This document shows positions 40,511-56,017 of a stretch of 64,000 bases of DNA, piece after piece. Every line of letters begins with the position of its first letter. Position 1 is the stretch's first letter. The translations under genes were made by a program, and so were the position numbers. This DNA comes from Octopus vulgaris (lineage: Eukaryota): the NCBI GenBank assembly GCA_951406725.2, contig OX597835.1, positions 20,088,001-20,152,000 on the forward strand, written 5' to 3'. Under the pieces are notes generated by a model. The model searched no databases. It saw nothing but the letters and a program-made list of their open reading frames with translations, and was not told where the DNA came from.

Positions 40511-40964
40511 ATATGGAGTGATACTTCCTCCACAAAAATTGACAACACGTATACATCTGCCCCTTGAGATACGTAAAACACGAAGTATACCTCCTTATGT
40601 CACACTCCCGCTATCCTACCAAATTTTACCATTAGCAAACCTAACTGGCACTCTTCCACCCTGTCACCTTGTCCCTGGCTCAAAGTGATGAAACCAGCAG
40701 TCATCCTTGGTTAGGAAACGGTCAAGGAAACCAGTGCCTTCTGAAATGTCGGACTTGCATGTGACGCGATCAGCCGGTGCACTTTTCATCAGATACCAGA
40801 AGACCTGGCAACCATCGAGTAGAGTCGGTCTTCATACCAAGGTCATTGTGCAGTGCATTCTCAACTCTCTCACGGAGATATTCTCAAAACATTGACTATT
40901 TGATTCATAGCTAATCTATGTTATCAATCAACATGTGGTGGAGTCGATCAATGTTTTCCTCGCT

Positions 40965-41192
40965 GCGAGCTGGCAGAAACGTTAACACGCCGGGTGAAAC
41001 ACTTAGCAGTATTTCGTCTGCCGTTACGTTCAGAGTTCAAATTCCGCCGAGGTCGACTTTGCCTTTCATCATTTCGGGGTCGATAAATTAAGTACCAGTT
41101 ACGCATTGGGGTCGATGTAATCGACTTAATCCGCTTGTCTGTCCTTGTTTGTCCCCTCTGTGTTTAGCCCCTTGTGGGTAGTAAAGAAATAG
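40965..41192 (+). mobile_element. SINE family C, full length, with TSD
   Basis: TSD gttttcctcgctg at 40953-40965 and 41192-41204. Confidence 0.93.
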
Positions 41193-41598
41193 TTTTCCTC
41201 GCTGGTTGTAGTTATAGGACGTCAAGACCTTGGTCCATTTTCAACACTCCCCCCTTCTCCTAAATACTACAGCCCACTTTTCCAATAATGTAGAAAAGAT
41301 GTTCGCATGAATGTCATTAGAAGGATATACTGAATCGATTTGAGAGAATTTATTGGATTCTCATCGGAAACCAATCCCAGAAAATCTGTTTATACATTGC
41401 AGCTACATGATAACACCAAGATACCAAAATCTGTCTACTTTCAAATAACGTTGAAACTACTTACTTTTGAAGTCTTCCTTCAAAAATCACATGTCACTTT
41501 ACGTTGGAACAAACCAGTTATTGATAGCAAATGAAATTAATGCAAGTTTTCATAGTCCCAGCAACATTCCTTCATTCTTCAACCCCCCCACCGAGAGC

Positions 41599-41665
<67 letters not shown>

Positions 41666-41692
41666 GTTGTGTGTGTGTATAGGTATATATAT

Positions 41693-41760
<68 letters not shown>

Positions 41761-41814
41761 AATATTGGAAATGAATGCCTGGCGCTCAATTAAATAATAA
41801 TATAAATAATAATA

Positions 41815-41935
41815 CGCGGACATGTTTATGAACAACAAGCAAGTATGGGTAAGTTTGAAAAAGTCCTTTATATTTTGAGCCTGCGCTCTTCAACACAAAG
41901 GAATAAGAGTAAATAACCAGTGAGAAAATAAAAAA
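41815..41935 (-). mobile_element. Short element family G, diverged
   Basis: ttttgagcctgcgctcttcaacacaaag is the reverse complement of the family motif. Confidence 0.5.
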
Positions 41936-41952
41936 TACTTGATGAGTTCAGC

Positions 41953-41998
<46 letters not shown>

Positions 41999-42114
41999 AG
42001 TATGTATGTAGGTATGTATTTATATATGTGTCATCGCACTGAATGCGTCAGGCAGAGAAAGAGAGAAAGAAGTTTGTGTCTTTGTATGCGTGAGTGTATG
42101 TGTGTGAGATATGG

Positions 42115-42246
42115 AAGGGACAAACAAGGACAGGCACAGTGATTAAGTCGATTACATCGATCCCCCGGTGCGTAACTGATATTTATTAAATCAAACCCGA
42201 AAGCATGAAAGGCAAAGTGGTCCTCGGCGGAAATTGAACTCAGAAC
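42115..42246 (-). mobile_element. SINE family C, partial
   Basis: gggacaaacaaggacag...aaggcaaag...ctcggcggaaattgaactcagaac. Confidence 0.75.
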
Positions 42247-42757
42247 CTTGTGGTCAGTGTGCTTCCTACATGCACTTTTTCTCCGGCATGTTCAGTGTAA
42301 TGGAATATGGTATGGAGTATACGAAACTTTCACTCTCTCATGCCTTACACTTCATCAGCGTCATGTTCTTATCTTTGCCTCCTCACAGAGACGTATACGC
42401 TAACACATATTTACACAGAGGTTTCTGCATTCGAATACATCAACTCACATACCCGAGCAAATCGAATGTTTACACAGACTTTCTTTCGTTTGTTTCCCTG
42501 TCAACATTTCCCATCGTTCTACTTAACTTCTCATCTCACACACAAAAAGAGAAAATACGCACAAATATACACCTAAACACAGACACGTACGCACGAAAAC
42601 CATGACACATGAACACACACACATACATTATATATATATATATATATATATATATAAGAGAGAGAGAGAGAGAGAGAGAGAGGCAGAGACAGATAGACAG
42701 ATACATATATATTATACTATATCTTATAGATATATTATATATACATATGAATATGTG

Positions 42758-42793
<36 letters not shown>

Positions 42794-42902
42794 AACATAT
42801 ATATATATATATATATACATATAGATACACACACACACATATATATATATGTATATATGTATATATATATACACACACAATTATATATATATACATATAG
42901 AT

Positions 42903-42970
<68 letters not shown>

Positions 42971-42973
<3 letters not shown>

Positions 42974-43127
42974 AGTGGCTGTGTGATAGGTAGGTTGCTT
43001 ACCAATTGCATGGTTCCGGGTTCAGACCCACTGCGGGGCACCTTGGCCAGGTGACTTATACTATAAGCTCGAACTGACCAAAGCTTTGTGAGTGGATTTG
43101 GTAGACGGAAACTAAAAGAAGCCTGTC

Positions 43128-43187
<60 letters not shown>

Positions 43188-43455
43188 TATATATATATGT
43201 ATACATAAATATGTTTTTGTGTTTCTGTATATGTTTGTGTGTCTGTGTTTCTCCACTCCTCAACATCACTTGACCACCGATGCTGGTGTCTTTATGTCCC
43301 CCAAACTTAGCGGTTCGGCAAAAGAGTCCGATAGAATAAGTGACTTACAAAGAATAGGTCCTCGGGTCGATTTGCTCGACTAAAGGCGGCGCTCCAGCAT
43401 AGCCGCAGTCAAATTACTGTAAAAAGTAAAAAAGTAAAAAAGAGTAAAAGAGAGT
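42971..43455 (+). mobile_element. SINE family A
   Basis: aggagtggctgtgtg head, internal (TA)n, tail. Confidence 0.88.
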
Positions 43456-44243
43456 ATAGGTGTATAGATATGCATAAATATATGCATATATATACATGTA
43501 GATTTATAAACACATATGCATAGATATTACGCATATATATATATATATATAAGCGTATATACTTCTATATGACTGACTGTGTGTGCGGGAATCTATGCTC
43601 GAGTGTATATGTATATTTTTTGATTCAAAGTATGTGTGTGTCTCTCGGTATGGTCGTAGGAGTAATTTGTACGTGTCTGTGTGTGTGAGTGTGTGTAAAC
43701 TTCCATGTGAAGAAATTGTTCTACTGTTCTACATCCTGCTCGACAGTAACATCAATAAACATTGTACCAGTGTAACAGAGCAAACATACTTTGACTCTGT
43801 ATGACCTGTTTGTATTGTTTTCGCATCACATTTGAAACCTGGGGGTCGTAGGTGATCAAGAACGACTCCGTCGGGGAAGCCGCATAACATTAAGTTCATT
43901 GGGCTGGAAAAAATATTGTAAGGAAAAAAAAGATAGAAAATACGTGATTCTTAGACGTTCTTTCAATAGGAACACACACATACACACACAGAGACACACA
44001 TGCACACATTTGCACATGCATATGAAGCATACGCACATTTATAAATGTATGTATATGTGTATATACGTAGAGATAGGTAGATAATTAAATAGATAGACAC
44101 AAATATATATATTTATACGTAGAGGCAGTAGGCGTTATAGATTGCTTGTCTGTACTAATACATACACACAGACATATCTACATGTCTTCCTACCAATCTA
44201 TCTACCTATCTTTATTTTTACTTTTTAATTGTCGATTTGCATG

Positions 44244-44312
<69 letters not shown>

Positions 44313-45286
44313 AACGGGACAAGAACGCAGAACATTCGGAGAGCTAGGTGGTACAAAAAGGGACCACAAAACATCCAGATAGACGACACAAAGAAAACAA
44401 AATGTATATTCCATCATAATAACGATTTGACAGGTTTTCAAATATTCACTTTGCAATTATTTTCTTCGTCCAATTACAGATTCACATTTGCCATTTTCAA
44501 ATTACATAAAACCGAGGCCATATTTTAAATTTCTTCTATTACTGTTCCATGTGCGCTTAAACTGATGTAAGAAGGTGCTATTTTACTGACAGTAATAGCT
44601 TACATCTTTTTAGGTGGTTACTCAATTTTGCATTAATCTTTCGCCTAATTATTTATGTATTGTTATTTTTTAAAGCATATAAGGCAAGCCTAATTTACAG
44701 GGATTCAGTTCATGATTTTTTTTGTGCCTTTTTAAAACAGTAGTAATAACATTTCAAGTATCAGTGATTGCTATTTCTAAACAGATCTTTAGATATCTTT
44801 AAATGAAATCCTACACCAAAATTCTGTCTTAATTTTCGATAGATTGAATCTCAATTCAGCTGTTATTCTGTAATTCGGAGACTTTAGAAGAAATACACTT
44901 ACAGTATGCTATAAATCACATAATAGCATTGCCTAGGAAAATGAAGGAAATTTACCCTCCAACTACTATTGTTAATAACACTTAGCTCTTTTATGGAATG
45001 GAAAGGAGCAAGTTGAAAGAATGAAATAGTAGTAAGGATGCTTTACGTTTTATTAAAAGTATTAAATGCAATCAATTATAATGGATGACAATTGTTGCTT
45101 AGATATTAACTTTATGTGTATCGGCATGCGTGCATATATGTATGTATGTGCGTGTGCGTATCTATGTATATATATATGGACGTATGCATATATTTCCATA
45201 TACATATATGTAAATAGACAGAGAGACACGAAGATATATATATATATATATATTTGTATATATATATATATATACAAATATATATG

Positions 45287-45317
<31 letters not shown>

Positions 45318-45359
45318 GTAGATATATATATCATATATATATATATATATATCAATTAT

Positions 45360-45432
<73 letters not shown>

Positions 45433-45512
45433 GTAGATATATAAATCATATATATATATACGTATATATATAGATATATATGTATGTATATATATATATA
45501 AATATATATATG

Positions 45513-45543
<31 letters not shown>

Positions 45544-46178
45544 TTATATTAATGGATGTGTGCATGTAACTTAATCCACATTCGTAGACATGTGCGTGTG
45601 TGTCTGTGTGACTGTGTTGTACGCGTGGAGGTTCACGTGATAAAAATTTAATGCTTAGCACGAATCACTGAAATCAGCTGCAACTAAAACGAACGTCTTG
45701 TAGCCGTCAAATATTTTAGCCGAAAATTTCAGGATTAAGAATTATGTAATTCAATGAATGTTTAAAAGATTGCAATAAAAACTCACTTCACCTTATTACC
45801 AGCAAGTTTATACAATATATATGGTTTCACTGTTCATTTGTTTATATACATTCAAATGTATGTATGTATGTATGTATGTATGTATGTATGTATGTACAAA
45901 ACGTACTGAAATCGGAAATGTAAATTTTAAATTAACAGACATAAAATTTTATGGCAAGAAGCTTAATGGGAAACAAGATGCGAATTATTTCGTTAAAATG
46001 TTGGCACAAGAATGTACTGGATTCTATCCTATTTAATAATAAACCTGTAAAAAATACATAAGTTTCGGAATAAATTTAGAGAGATAAAATATGCATGCAT
46101 GATTGTACATATATATATATATGCATACAGACACATATATTGATAGATCGATAATATAGATATACAAATATAGATATG

Positions 46179-46331
<153 letters not shown>

Positions 46332-46597
46332 TATACTTACATATAAGACCGAAAGTTGACTGTTTGGTACTCTAAGAATTTCATATCGTAGTTAAGTGCA
46401 TTGCAACAATGCTTGTAAATATATTCTTGGAATAAATGTCTTTAACGTTTATTCTAGAAATGCGCGGAATTGAGGAATCTACAATAATGAAACAACTTAT
46501 AAATAAATAACTTATTAACTTGGGATTCCAGCCTGTATGTCTGGCTTCCTTTAACAAGAAGAATTCCAGCTGAGCATTACCTTTGGGTATAAAATAC

Positions 46598-46815
46598 ATT
46601 TCTTTACTGCCCACAAGGGGCTAAACATAGAGGGGACAAACAAGGACAAAGGAATTACAATGACCCCAGTTGCAACACTGGTACTTTATTTATCGACACC
46701 GAAAGGATGAAAGGCAAAGTCGACCTCGGTGGAATTTGAACTCAGAACATAACGACAGACGAAATACCTCTAAACATTTCGCCCGGCGCGCTAACGTTTC
46801 TGCCAGCTCGCCACC
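46598..46815 (-). mobile_element. SINE family C with TSD
   Basis: TSD acctttgggtataa at 46579-46592 and 46813-46826. Confidence 0.9.
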
Positions 46816-46914
46816 TTTGGGTATAATATTCGCCATGCATTTACCCTCACACACTCTCTCTCTCTCTCTCTTTCTCTCTTTCTCTCTCACTCTTTGGTTA
46901 TAAATATTCTTTTA

Positions 46915-47107
46915 TTATTTTATTATTTCAGTCATTTGACTGCGACCAAGCTGAAGCGCCACCTTTAGTCGAACAAATCGACCCTGGTACTTATGTTTTT
47001 AATCTTGTTACTTGCTCTCTCGATCCGCTAAGTTACGGGGACATTAAACACACCGTCATCGGTTGTGAAGCAATGGTAAGAGGACAAACACAGACACAGA
47101 CACACAC

Positions 47108-47153
<46 letters not shown>

Positions 47154-47309
47154 GACAGGCTTCTTTTAGTTTCCGTCTACCAAATCCACTCACAAGGGTT
47201 TGATCGGCCTGAGCCTATAGTAGAAGACACTTGCCTTAGGTACCATACAGTGGAACTGAAACCGTAACCATGTGCTTGGTAAGTAAGCTATTTACCACAC
47301 TCCCACACC
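46915..47309 (-). mobile_element. SINE family A, diverged
   Basis: tttcagtcatttgactgcg...ccaaatccactcacaag...ttaccacac. Confidence 0.85.
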
Positions 47310-47360
<51 letters not shown>

Positions 47361-48423
47361 GTGAGTGTGTATATATGAGTAGATAGGTAGACAGACAGAG
47401 AGACAAACAGATAGACAGACAGACAGACAGAAAGAAAGTTATATAGATAGATAGATAGATATCGCTGTGACGCGTATAGAGGGCAATATTTGTGGATTTG
47501 TAGAATTGTATTCCTTTAAATTCTGAGGTGTTCAAATTTAACCTTATTCAGATTTGACTCTTTTTAGAATGACAAATTATGTACCAGTGGAATATTCTGT
47601 TATATATAATAGTTTGGTCCTGCGCTGCTTACCAAATCTGAAGCATTGCTCTTTGGTAAATATCGATTATGCGGTCTTTCGTCAGCAGCGTGTGTACATC
47701 ATAGGCATTAGGCAAATTAGGTTGTTAGTGGCATCCATTTAGTCACATCCTGCTGAGTTTTGTCATGCATTGCAAGTTGGCTCAATATAATATAATATGA
47801 ATTGTAGTTGTGGCTGGATATTATACTCAGGAAATCGTTGATGGCACAATACGTAATCTGGGGGTTTCCTGTCAAATTTATTCCGTATTTCTCTTGGTGT
47901 ATTAAGACTAGGTTAGCATTATCAAATACGTCGTTCTCTTATAACATTCCGTTATCTTATTACCAGAACCTCCTTTGAGATTCTGGTTGTAGTTTAGGAA
48001 ATTGATTGATAATGTAGATGCTCCTTCGCTGTCAAGAAGAGAAGACAAGGAAAATTCTTGAGATATCATTGTCCCTTCGCTCTTCGTCCTGCAAAGTGAG
48101 AAGTCTATCATTTATTATGGAAACCTGTACGTGACGCGATATTTGCAAGATTGGTGTGTGCATTTAGTTCAATCCATGGCGTAGATAAATAATTTGTTGT
48201 CAAATGCTGATATCCGTTCATATCAGTAAAGTACTACCTTAGAATTATAGCCTTCTTCCTCGTGTTAGCAAATGTGATTCAGAAACAATCGGCGAATTTG
48301 AAATGATGTGACTGTTATAATTCGGGAAAAAAAACAGCTTGCGGGGAAAAGCTTCTTAGTTGTAAAATTGTTTCAAATCTAACATGAGTAAAATTATAAA
48401 TGCATCATTCGACCCTGCATATA

Positions 48424-48980
<557 letters not shown>

Positions 48981-49435
48981 ATATTTATATTTATACATAT
49001 ATATGTCCATATATGCGTATAGATATGCATAGAAATATCAGACGAATATATTTCAATAATCCAGGCGTCTTAGTATGTATCGAAGATCACATATTCGGAT
49101 ATGTCGTCCTGAATTTATAAATTTGATAGGACATGGAGTGTGTTATATATATGCTACTTTTAATATATCACCGGAGTAATATAAATATAATTTTGCCGCA
49201 AAATATGTTCTATTGTTGAACCAACTGATGAAGACATGAAGTAATGCACATATGTATGAGTGAGCGTATATGTGAGCATCCATGCGCGTGTTTATGATAT
49301 ATATTCATACATAAACGCATGCGCACACACGCACGCACATGCACACACACACACATACTCATAGATATGCTTATGATGATTACTCAATACTTATACGCAT
49401 TCACGTTTCTGTAATTTAAGAAACAGAAGAAGACG

Positions 49436-50700
49436 GCGGACATTTACATCCCCTCCCTTTCAATTTAATGCGCCTCTTCCAGCCTTTCAGGAGGTCTTCA
49501 GGTGGTTGTGCAACTATTTCCGTATTGTTTCCTACGTTTCTTCGTCCACAGCGAATCGATGGCCTCGTGAAGTATGTTTGAGTAGTCCAAAGAAGTGATA
49601 TTCGGGGAAAACGAAATCTGGATTGCATAAAGGTTATCCCAGCAAAACGAAACTCAATTTTTCCATGACTTTAACGGTTTGAGTGGCCTTGATATAGACA
49701 TGCATGGCTGTGCAACTGTACCGTTTACTTTGATCAAAGTATTCGGCATTCCGTACCAATTGCTGGTTCATCTCAATGTAACCTTCATTATTGATTGTAT
49801 ACTACTTGTGCAGGTAATGTTCCCGTATAGGCCCTACTGCATCCCCACAAAAATTAGTATTATCTTTCTGCTGAAGATTGTCCTGAATTTCTATTCCTTT
49901 GGCAATTCGAGTTTTTTTTCTTCCACTACACACTTCGTCTTTTAAATTGTGGCTAATTTCCTGTAACTGTTCTCTCCCAAAAGCTTTGTATTCATCGTTG
50001 TAGCGGTCGTCGAGTACGCGTTAACAGATATCTACCTAATTGCACTTATGCACTTCCGTAAGCTCTCTTGGTAACGATCTCACGCAGGTTTTACAGAGAT
50101 CCACCTTGAAGATTATTTCTTGTGCAGAACCATGACTAATTTACAGAGAATATGCCACCTTATCTATGGTCACTGGCTTGCTCGGTAAAGCCATCTCTTA
50201 ACTTTCTTGTATCAACATGTCAGTGGTAGAAGTTGACCGGCGTCCTGCTACCTCTCCATATTTCACGCTTGTCCTGCATTTTTAAACTTCCTAATCCATT
50301 CACGCACACTTCTACACGGTAGATCGCTTCCCCATATCGTAGTCAGAGTATGCAATAAATCTCAGCCCTTGGTATACCTTCAATCGAGAGAAATCGTACC
50401 TATTTCTTTACTACCCACAAGGGGCTAAACACAGAGAGGACAGACAAGTACAGACACACGGATTAAGTCGATTATATCGACCCCAGTGCGTAACTGGTAC
50501 TTATTTAATCGACCCCGAAAGGGATGAAAGGTATATTCGACCTCGGCGGAATTTGAACTCACAACGTAACGCAGACGAAATACCGCTAAGCATTTCGCCC
50601 GGCGTGCTAACGTTTCTGCCAGCTCGCCGCCTTAATCGTGAGAAATAATACCACTGATCTATGTTCGTCCTTGGTGCACACTGGCAGCAGAGTGGTCTTC
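49436..50700 (-). pseudogene. Degraded mariner transposase, interrupted by SINE C
   Basis: Minus-strand fragments CTKDEHRSVV, RFLSIEGIPRAEIY, RSVREWIRKFKN, AGRRSTSTTD, VTIDKVAYSL*ISHGSAQEII, SLPRELTE (WVPRELT-like) and NPD..PEYHFFGLLK (YSPDLAPSDYHLF-like); many stops and frameshifts. Confidence 0.8.
50400..50631 (-). mobile_element. SINE family C inserted in the mariner
   Basis: Full-length reverse complement; diverged ~20-bp flanking repeat aatcg(a/t)gagaaat..tacc. Confidence 0.92.
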
Positions 50701-50997
50701 TTTACTTAGTAAGACGGGAATGAAAAGTGGAACCATCAGCATTGAACCGCAGTTACTTAACCAAAAGGGCAACACTTTTTAGCTTTCGACTTAAACAAAG
50801 TTACGATTTCGGCCCGAATTCCATGGGTAGCCTACGAATATTTTCCTTCAAATAATCTGTAACCCAATATCAACAAACTACTATTTATAAATTTTCTCTT
50901 TATACTACTTGTTGTTTAATCTTTAAGAATGAATTATGTTTAGATGGAACTCTAAGATGGCCGCACTATAATGACTGAAAGAGATAATAGATAACCC

Positions 50998-51050
<53 letters not shown>

Positions 51051-51312
51051 CGTTTAGATACCGTGAATAATGATTCTAAATTCGGAATTACTAGATGTAA
51101 ATATATTGGTGAAACTAAATATAAGTGCTGAGATGCATACAATAATAAAAATATCACCGTATCTGAGAAGTGGGATTGGGGGTGAGATAAACTAATTAAA
51201 TAACAGATATCTAAGAACATAAGGTCTATTTTGTACTTGTTTTAATGTCTGAAGAGATATGTAAATCAGCAAAATGTTTTTTTTTCTCTTTGATAAATGA
51301 TCTCAATGTTTA

Positions 51313-51395
<83 letters not shown>

Positions 51396-51431
51396 CACAC
51401 ATGTATGTATGAATATATGTATGCATATATC

Positions 51432-51469
<38 letters not shown>

Positions 51470-51486
51470 ATATATGTATTTATATG

Positions 51487-51531
<45 letters not shown>

Positions 51532-51570
51532 TGTATATATGTATGTATATGTCATATATATATATGAAAT

Positions 51571-51625
<55 letters not shown>

Positions 51626-52625
51626 AATGAAAGAATGGAGTCGAACGCATACATATATACACATACCTACATAGAAACACACACGCACACACGCACACGC
51701 ACACACACATACACACACACACACATATATACATTTATATATACATGCACGTATGTATACACGAATGTGTGTGTGTAGGTTTATGTAGACATATTCATAC
51801 TTCTATAAGTGTGAGTGTGTGAATATAAAGTATTATATCCTCATGGTTTTATATTTTATCAAACAATTTTCAATCGCTAATTTGAAGATGCATGAAATAA
51901 GTTAATACTTTAGAGTTAGAGGACAAAGTAGACTGCGAATGCTGTTATATATTTGCGCATATATCTGTATATATGCATATTACATCTGTGTGTTCATAGG
52001 AAAGAATGTGCGTGTGAGAGACAAAGAATAAGAGATAGACAGAGAGACGGAGACCGACAGACAGTGACATTTAGAGTGTGATTGTGTGTGTACTGAACAA
52101 CTGTGAGAGAGATAGGTCAATAAATAGGAAATGTAGGAGAAAATTAGGAATTGATGTAAGTTGAAAATGTATGCAGAAGATAGCAAGTAAACAATAAATG
52201 AGAAAATTGACGAACATTTAGAGACAAACAACCTGCGGGTGTGTTCCCAATGTCATTCTGCTATCGTTAGTTAAATGCGATAAACTAGAGAGAGCGTTAT
52301 TATAACGAAGTGGCCATAGGGTATTTATATAAATCATTTATCATCGCAACCTCTACGGTGTCTACGTATACCTATCCACAAGGCATTGATCAGACGTCAT
52401 AGCTGCGTTCTTTTCGTCATAGACACACTACGTATAAACAAATATATACGTTTTCAAACATATGTACTGATATTTCTATGCATATCTATACGCATATATG
52501 GATGTATATATGTATAAATATATACACGCACGAACACACACACATATATATAAATATTTGTATATGTGCATATATATATATACACATATTAATATGTTTA
52601 TATATGTGTATATAATTGTGGTTAT

Positions 52626-52693
<68 letters not shown>

Positions 52694-53914
52694 GTTTGTG
52701 TGTGTGCGAATGTTTGTATATATATGAATACATGCGTATATGAAAGCGTGCGTATTTGTGCATAGATATAAAAACTTTCTTTTAGGCAGTATATAATAAA
52801 TGTCAATTAACTAATTTGAATATTATTAGGATTTTACAAAATTTTTACACGTCTACACACACGACGTACCGAGAATACTAGCACTTCTTTACACTACACA
52901 TCATTATACAAAAATATGTTTATCTCAGTAGACGCGATAATGATATCCTCCATAGTCCGCACTCTCAACCGTTTTCAAAAATGACGAAAAACGCGTTCAA
53001 TTTTACCAAAATACACTAATCAGAAATCCATTCTAATCAACGTAGACTATGAACATATTTCTAAATTGAGCCAATAATAGTATATGAAAATGCTCGTCTG
53101 CTTTTCTAGAATTAGGACCGAAATGTTTGTCTAATCATATCATAGTGATTTTTGAAAAAATATGAGAAGAAATATCTGTTTAGTAATCAGGTACATAAAG
53201 AATATTTTGCATAATCTGCAAAAAAGTATCTCCAAAAATATTGCATATGTACGTGTTTTGTGTTTTTTTTTTTGTTTGTTTTGTTTTTTATTTTTTGCTT
53301 ATCATCATCAAGTAGCTGAACAGAATTGTGTCGTCAGTCCTCGATTATATACGTATAGTGTAAAAATGAATTGCTGGTATGCCCCGACGCTTTTAAAGTA
53401 AAAATAAATTCAAATATGAATTAGAAACAGCGGCAGACATTTCCCTCGCTTGTTTCAAATTTAGCGAGCTGGGGGAGATCCCTTTTGAACGCCGTGTGTT
53501 AAATTCCTAAAGAAGAGAGACAACCCTCCGAAATCCTTTTCAGGAGCGATAAACATCGATGTTTCACCACTCTTGTGGTTTATTAACATATCACCCGTAA
53601 TACATCAAGTATATGTGCCCCATAATATTTACTGCACTAGCTCTGCTTCTAAATCCTGTTTTAATTTTTTCTGACATACACATTTTCGGAATAAGCCAGC
53701 AAATAGTTTTTACACTGTTTGTATATAGTCAAGGACTGTCGACTCAGATTGCTTCCAATTCGGTTCAGGTACGTAAAAAGGGGTAGCCCGCAAAAATGCT
53801 GAGACACTAATTTGAGTTGTGTCGCCAGTCTATGATTTTCAAGTGTTGTACACACACGCCACTATGAAGGAGTCATAAACACCGTGCTATACTTGCTATT
53901 TAATTGCTATTTGA

Positions 53915-53971
<57 letters not shown>

Positions 53972-54111
53972 ATTGGATTTTTAAACTCGATCCTTTTTCT
54001 TTCTCTTCTTCTTCTTCTTCTTCTTCTTCTTCTTCTTCTTCTTCTTCTTCTATATATATATATAATGTCTTGTTGTACCATTTATCTACATATATATATA
54101 TAGAGAGAGAA

Positions 54112-54146
<35 letters not shown>

Positions 54147-54659
54147 TCAGTAACAGGTGTGTGATAATTTTGCAGCTTTAATAAAAGAATATAAAGCATT
54201 GGCCAAAAGTCACCCGACAGTTAATTAGAATTCCATAAATACCATTTGTAATTCTTTATTGACTCAAATGGGAAAATGTGTCGTTCAAGAAGGACTTCTG
54301 TTTGAACACTCTTCATGATGGTTCGTATTTACATACTTTTATTAAAGTCATTCAGTTGTTAAACATAAATAAATCTTGGAATTAAATGCTTTTGATTTAC
54401 TGCCAGGTAACATTTGTCCAACCCTATGTATATACGTACACACACATGACCCCCCCCACACACACACACTCACATACAGATATACATGTGTATATATATA
54501 GAGAGAGAGTGAGAGAGAGAGACAGACAGAGTGAGAGAGAGAAAATATTATTTTTTCCTTTTTGTCATTTCTCAGTTCCCCATTCGTAAATGTACATCGA
54601 CTGATTTGATGATTTGATAGGTAACAGCATCAAAAAAGTCAATAATACACTCAAAAGGG

Positions 54660-54944
<285 letters not shown>

Positions 54945-55230
54945 GACGTTCTTCTTTTTCTTTAATTAAGCAAACTGTTCTGCTAATAACATTTGATTAT
55001 TATTGATAAATTTCACATCTAGACTTAATCGATTCTTGTTACAGTCGATTAGGAGGTAATTTTGACGGACGTTCACTTGACAAATATTTATACTTGCTTC
55101 AACCCTAAGCAGATAAGTGCTTCTTATTAAAACGAAAAATATTGACAAGTGGCATTTGAAAGGTTTTCATGAATCACCATTATTGTTGTTATCAATGTTT
55201 TAGTTGCTGATGTTTGTTTGTCTTCGTTTT

Positions 55231-55237
<7 letters not shown>

Positions 55238-55281
<44 letters not shown>

Positions 55282-55282
55282 G

Positions 55283-55341
<59 letters not shown>

Positions 55342-55353
55342 ACTACTACTACT
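55238..55353. repeat. (ACT)n-(GCT)n compound microsatellite
   Basis: Direct reading. Confidence 0.9.
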
Positions 55354-55864
55354 GTTCGGAAATACAGTTTGTGTGGTTTGCTTTCGCTTATGCAAAGGTG
55401 ATTCTTGCAAAGTAAAGCTACCTATAAACATTTCGTTTCTTTGAAAGAGTAAAAGGAAGTCGAGAAATACTTTGGCGCCAGAGTGATCGACGACACACCT
55501 GAGAAATATATTCAATTCTACTCTAGACACAAGGCCCGAAATCTTTGGGGAGTGGGCCAGTCGATTAGATCACAGAAGACGTGGCCAAACTCTTCCTTCA
55601 TCAATTATCATCCCATTGTCATTACAATTTCGTGCTATTAACAACAATATTGCTTAGATTCGTGACGTCAACAGCAGAAAATTGCGAGGAATAAGTAAAG
55701 TAACGTAAAGGATGGTGATGAAAACAAACAAACGATACATGTAGCCGGCACATCCATAGATATGCACATTCAAATATAGGCCTTATGGCTATAAGACAGC
55801 ATTTGGGCTTTTTTAGAAGTTACGCTTATGGAAAATGGTATCCTATAGGCCATGAAAATGATCC

Positions 55865-55896
<32 letters not shown>

Positions 55897-55905
<9 letters not shown>

Positions 55906-56017
55906 ATCACGTGACCGAACAGACCATCAGATGTTACTACACATCGCTGGTCACAATGCGTTAGCATTGTTTTAGCCTTCGATTTACGCCACCCCGCTGG
56001 CTAAGCGAGCAGGCCAA
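55897..56017 (-). mobile_element. Solo SINE-B tail type 4 module inside (TA)n
   Basis: Reverse complement reads ttggcctgctcgcttagccagcgggg...tcacgtgatcacgtgata, with (TA)n on both sides. Confidence 0.85.

Noticed and set aside
40386-40688. 100-aa ORF as a gene
   Set aside because: An off-frame reading that overlaps the decayed Penelope-like RT.
49225-49245. Hammerhead at ctgatgaagacatgaagt
   Set aside because: No GAAA or stem III follows; at best truncated.
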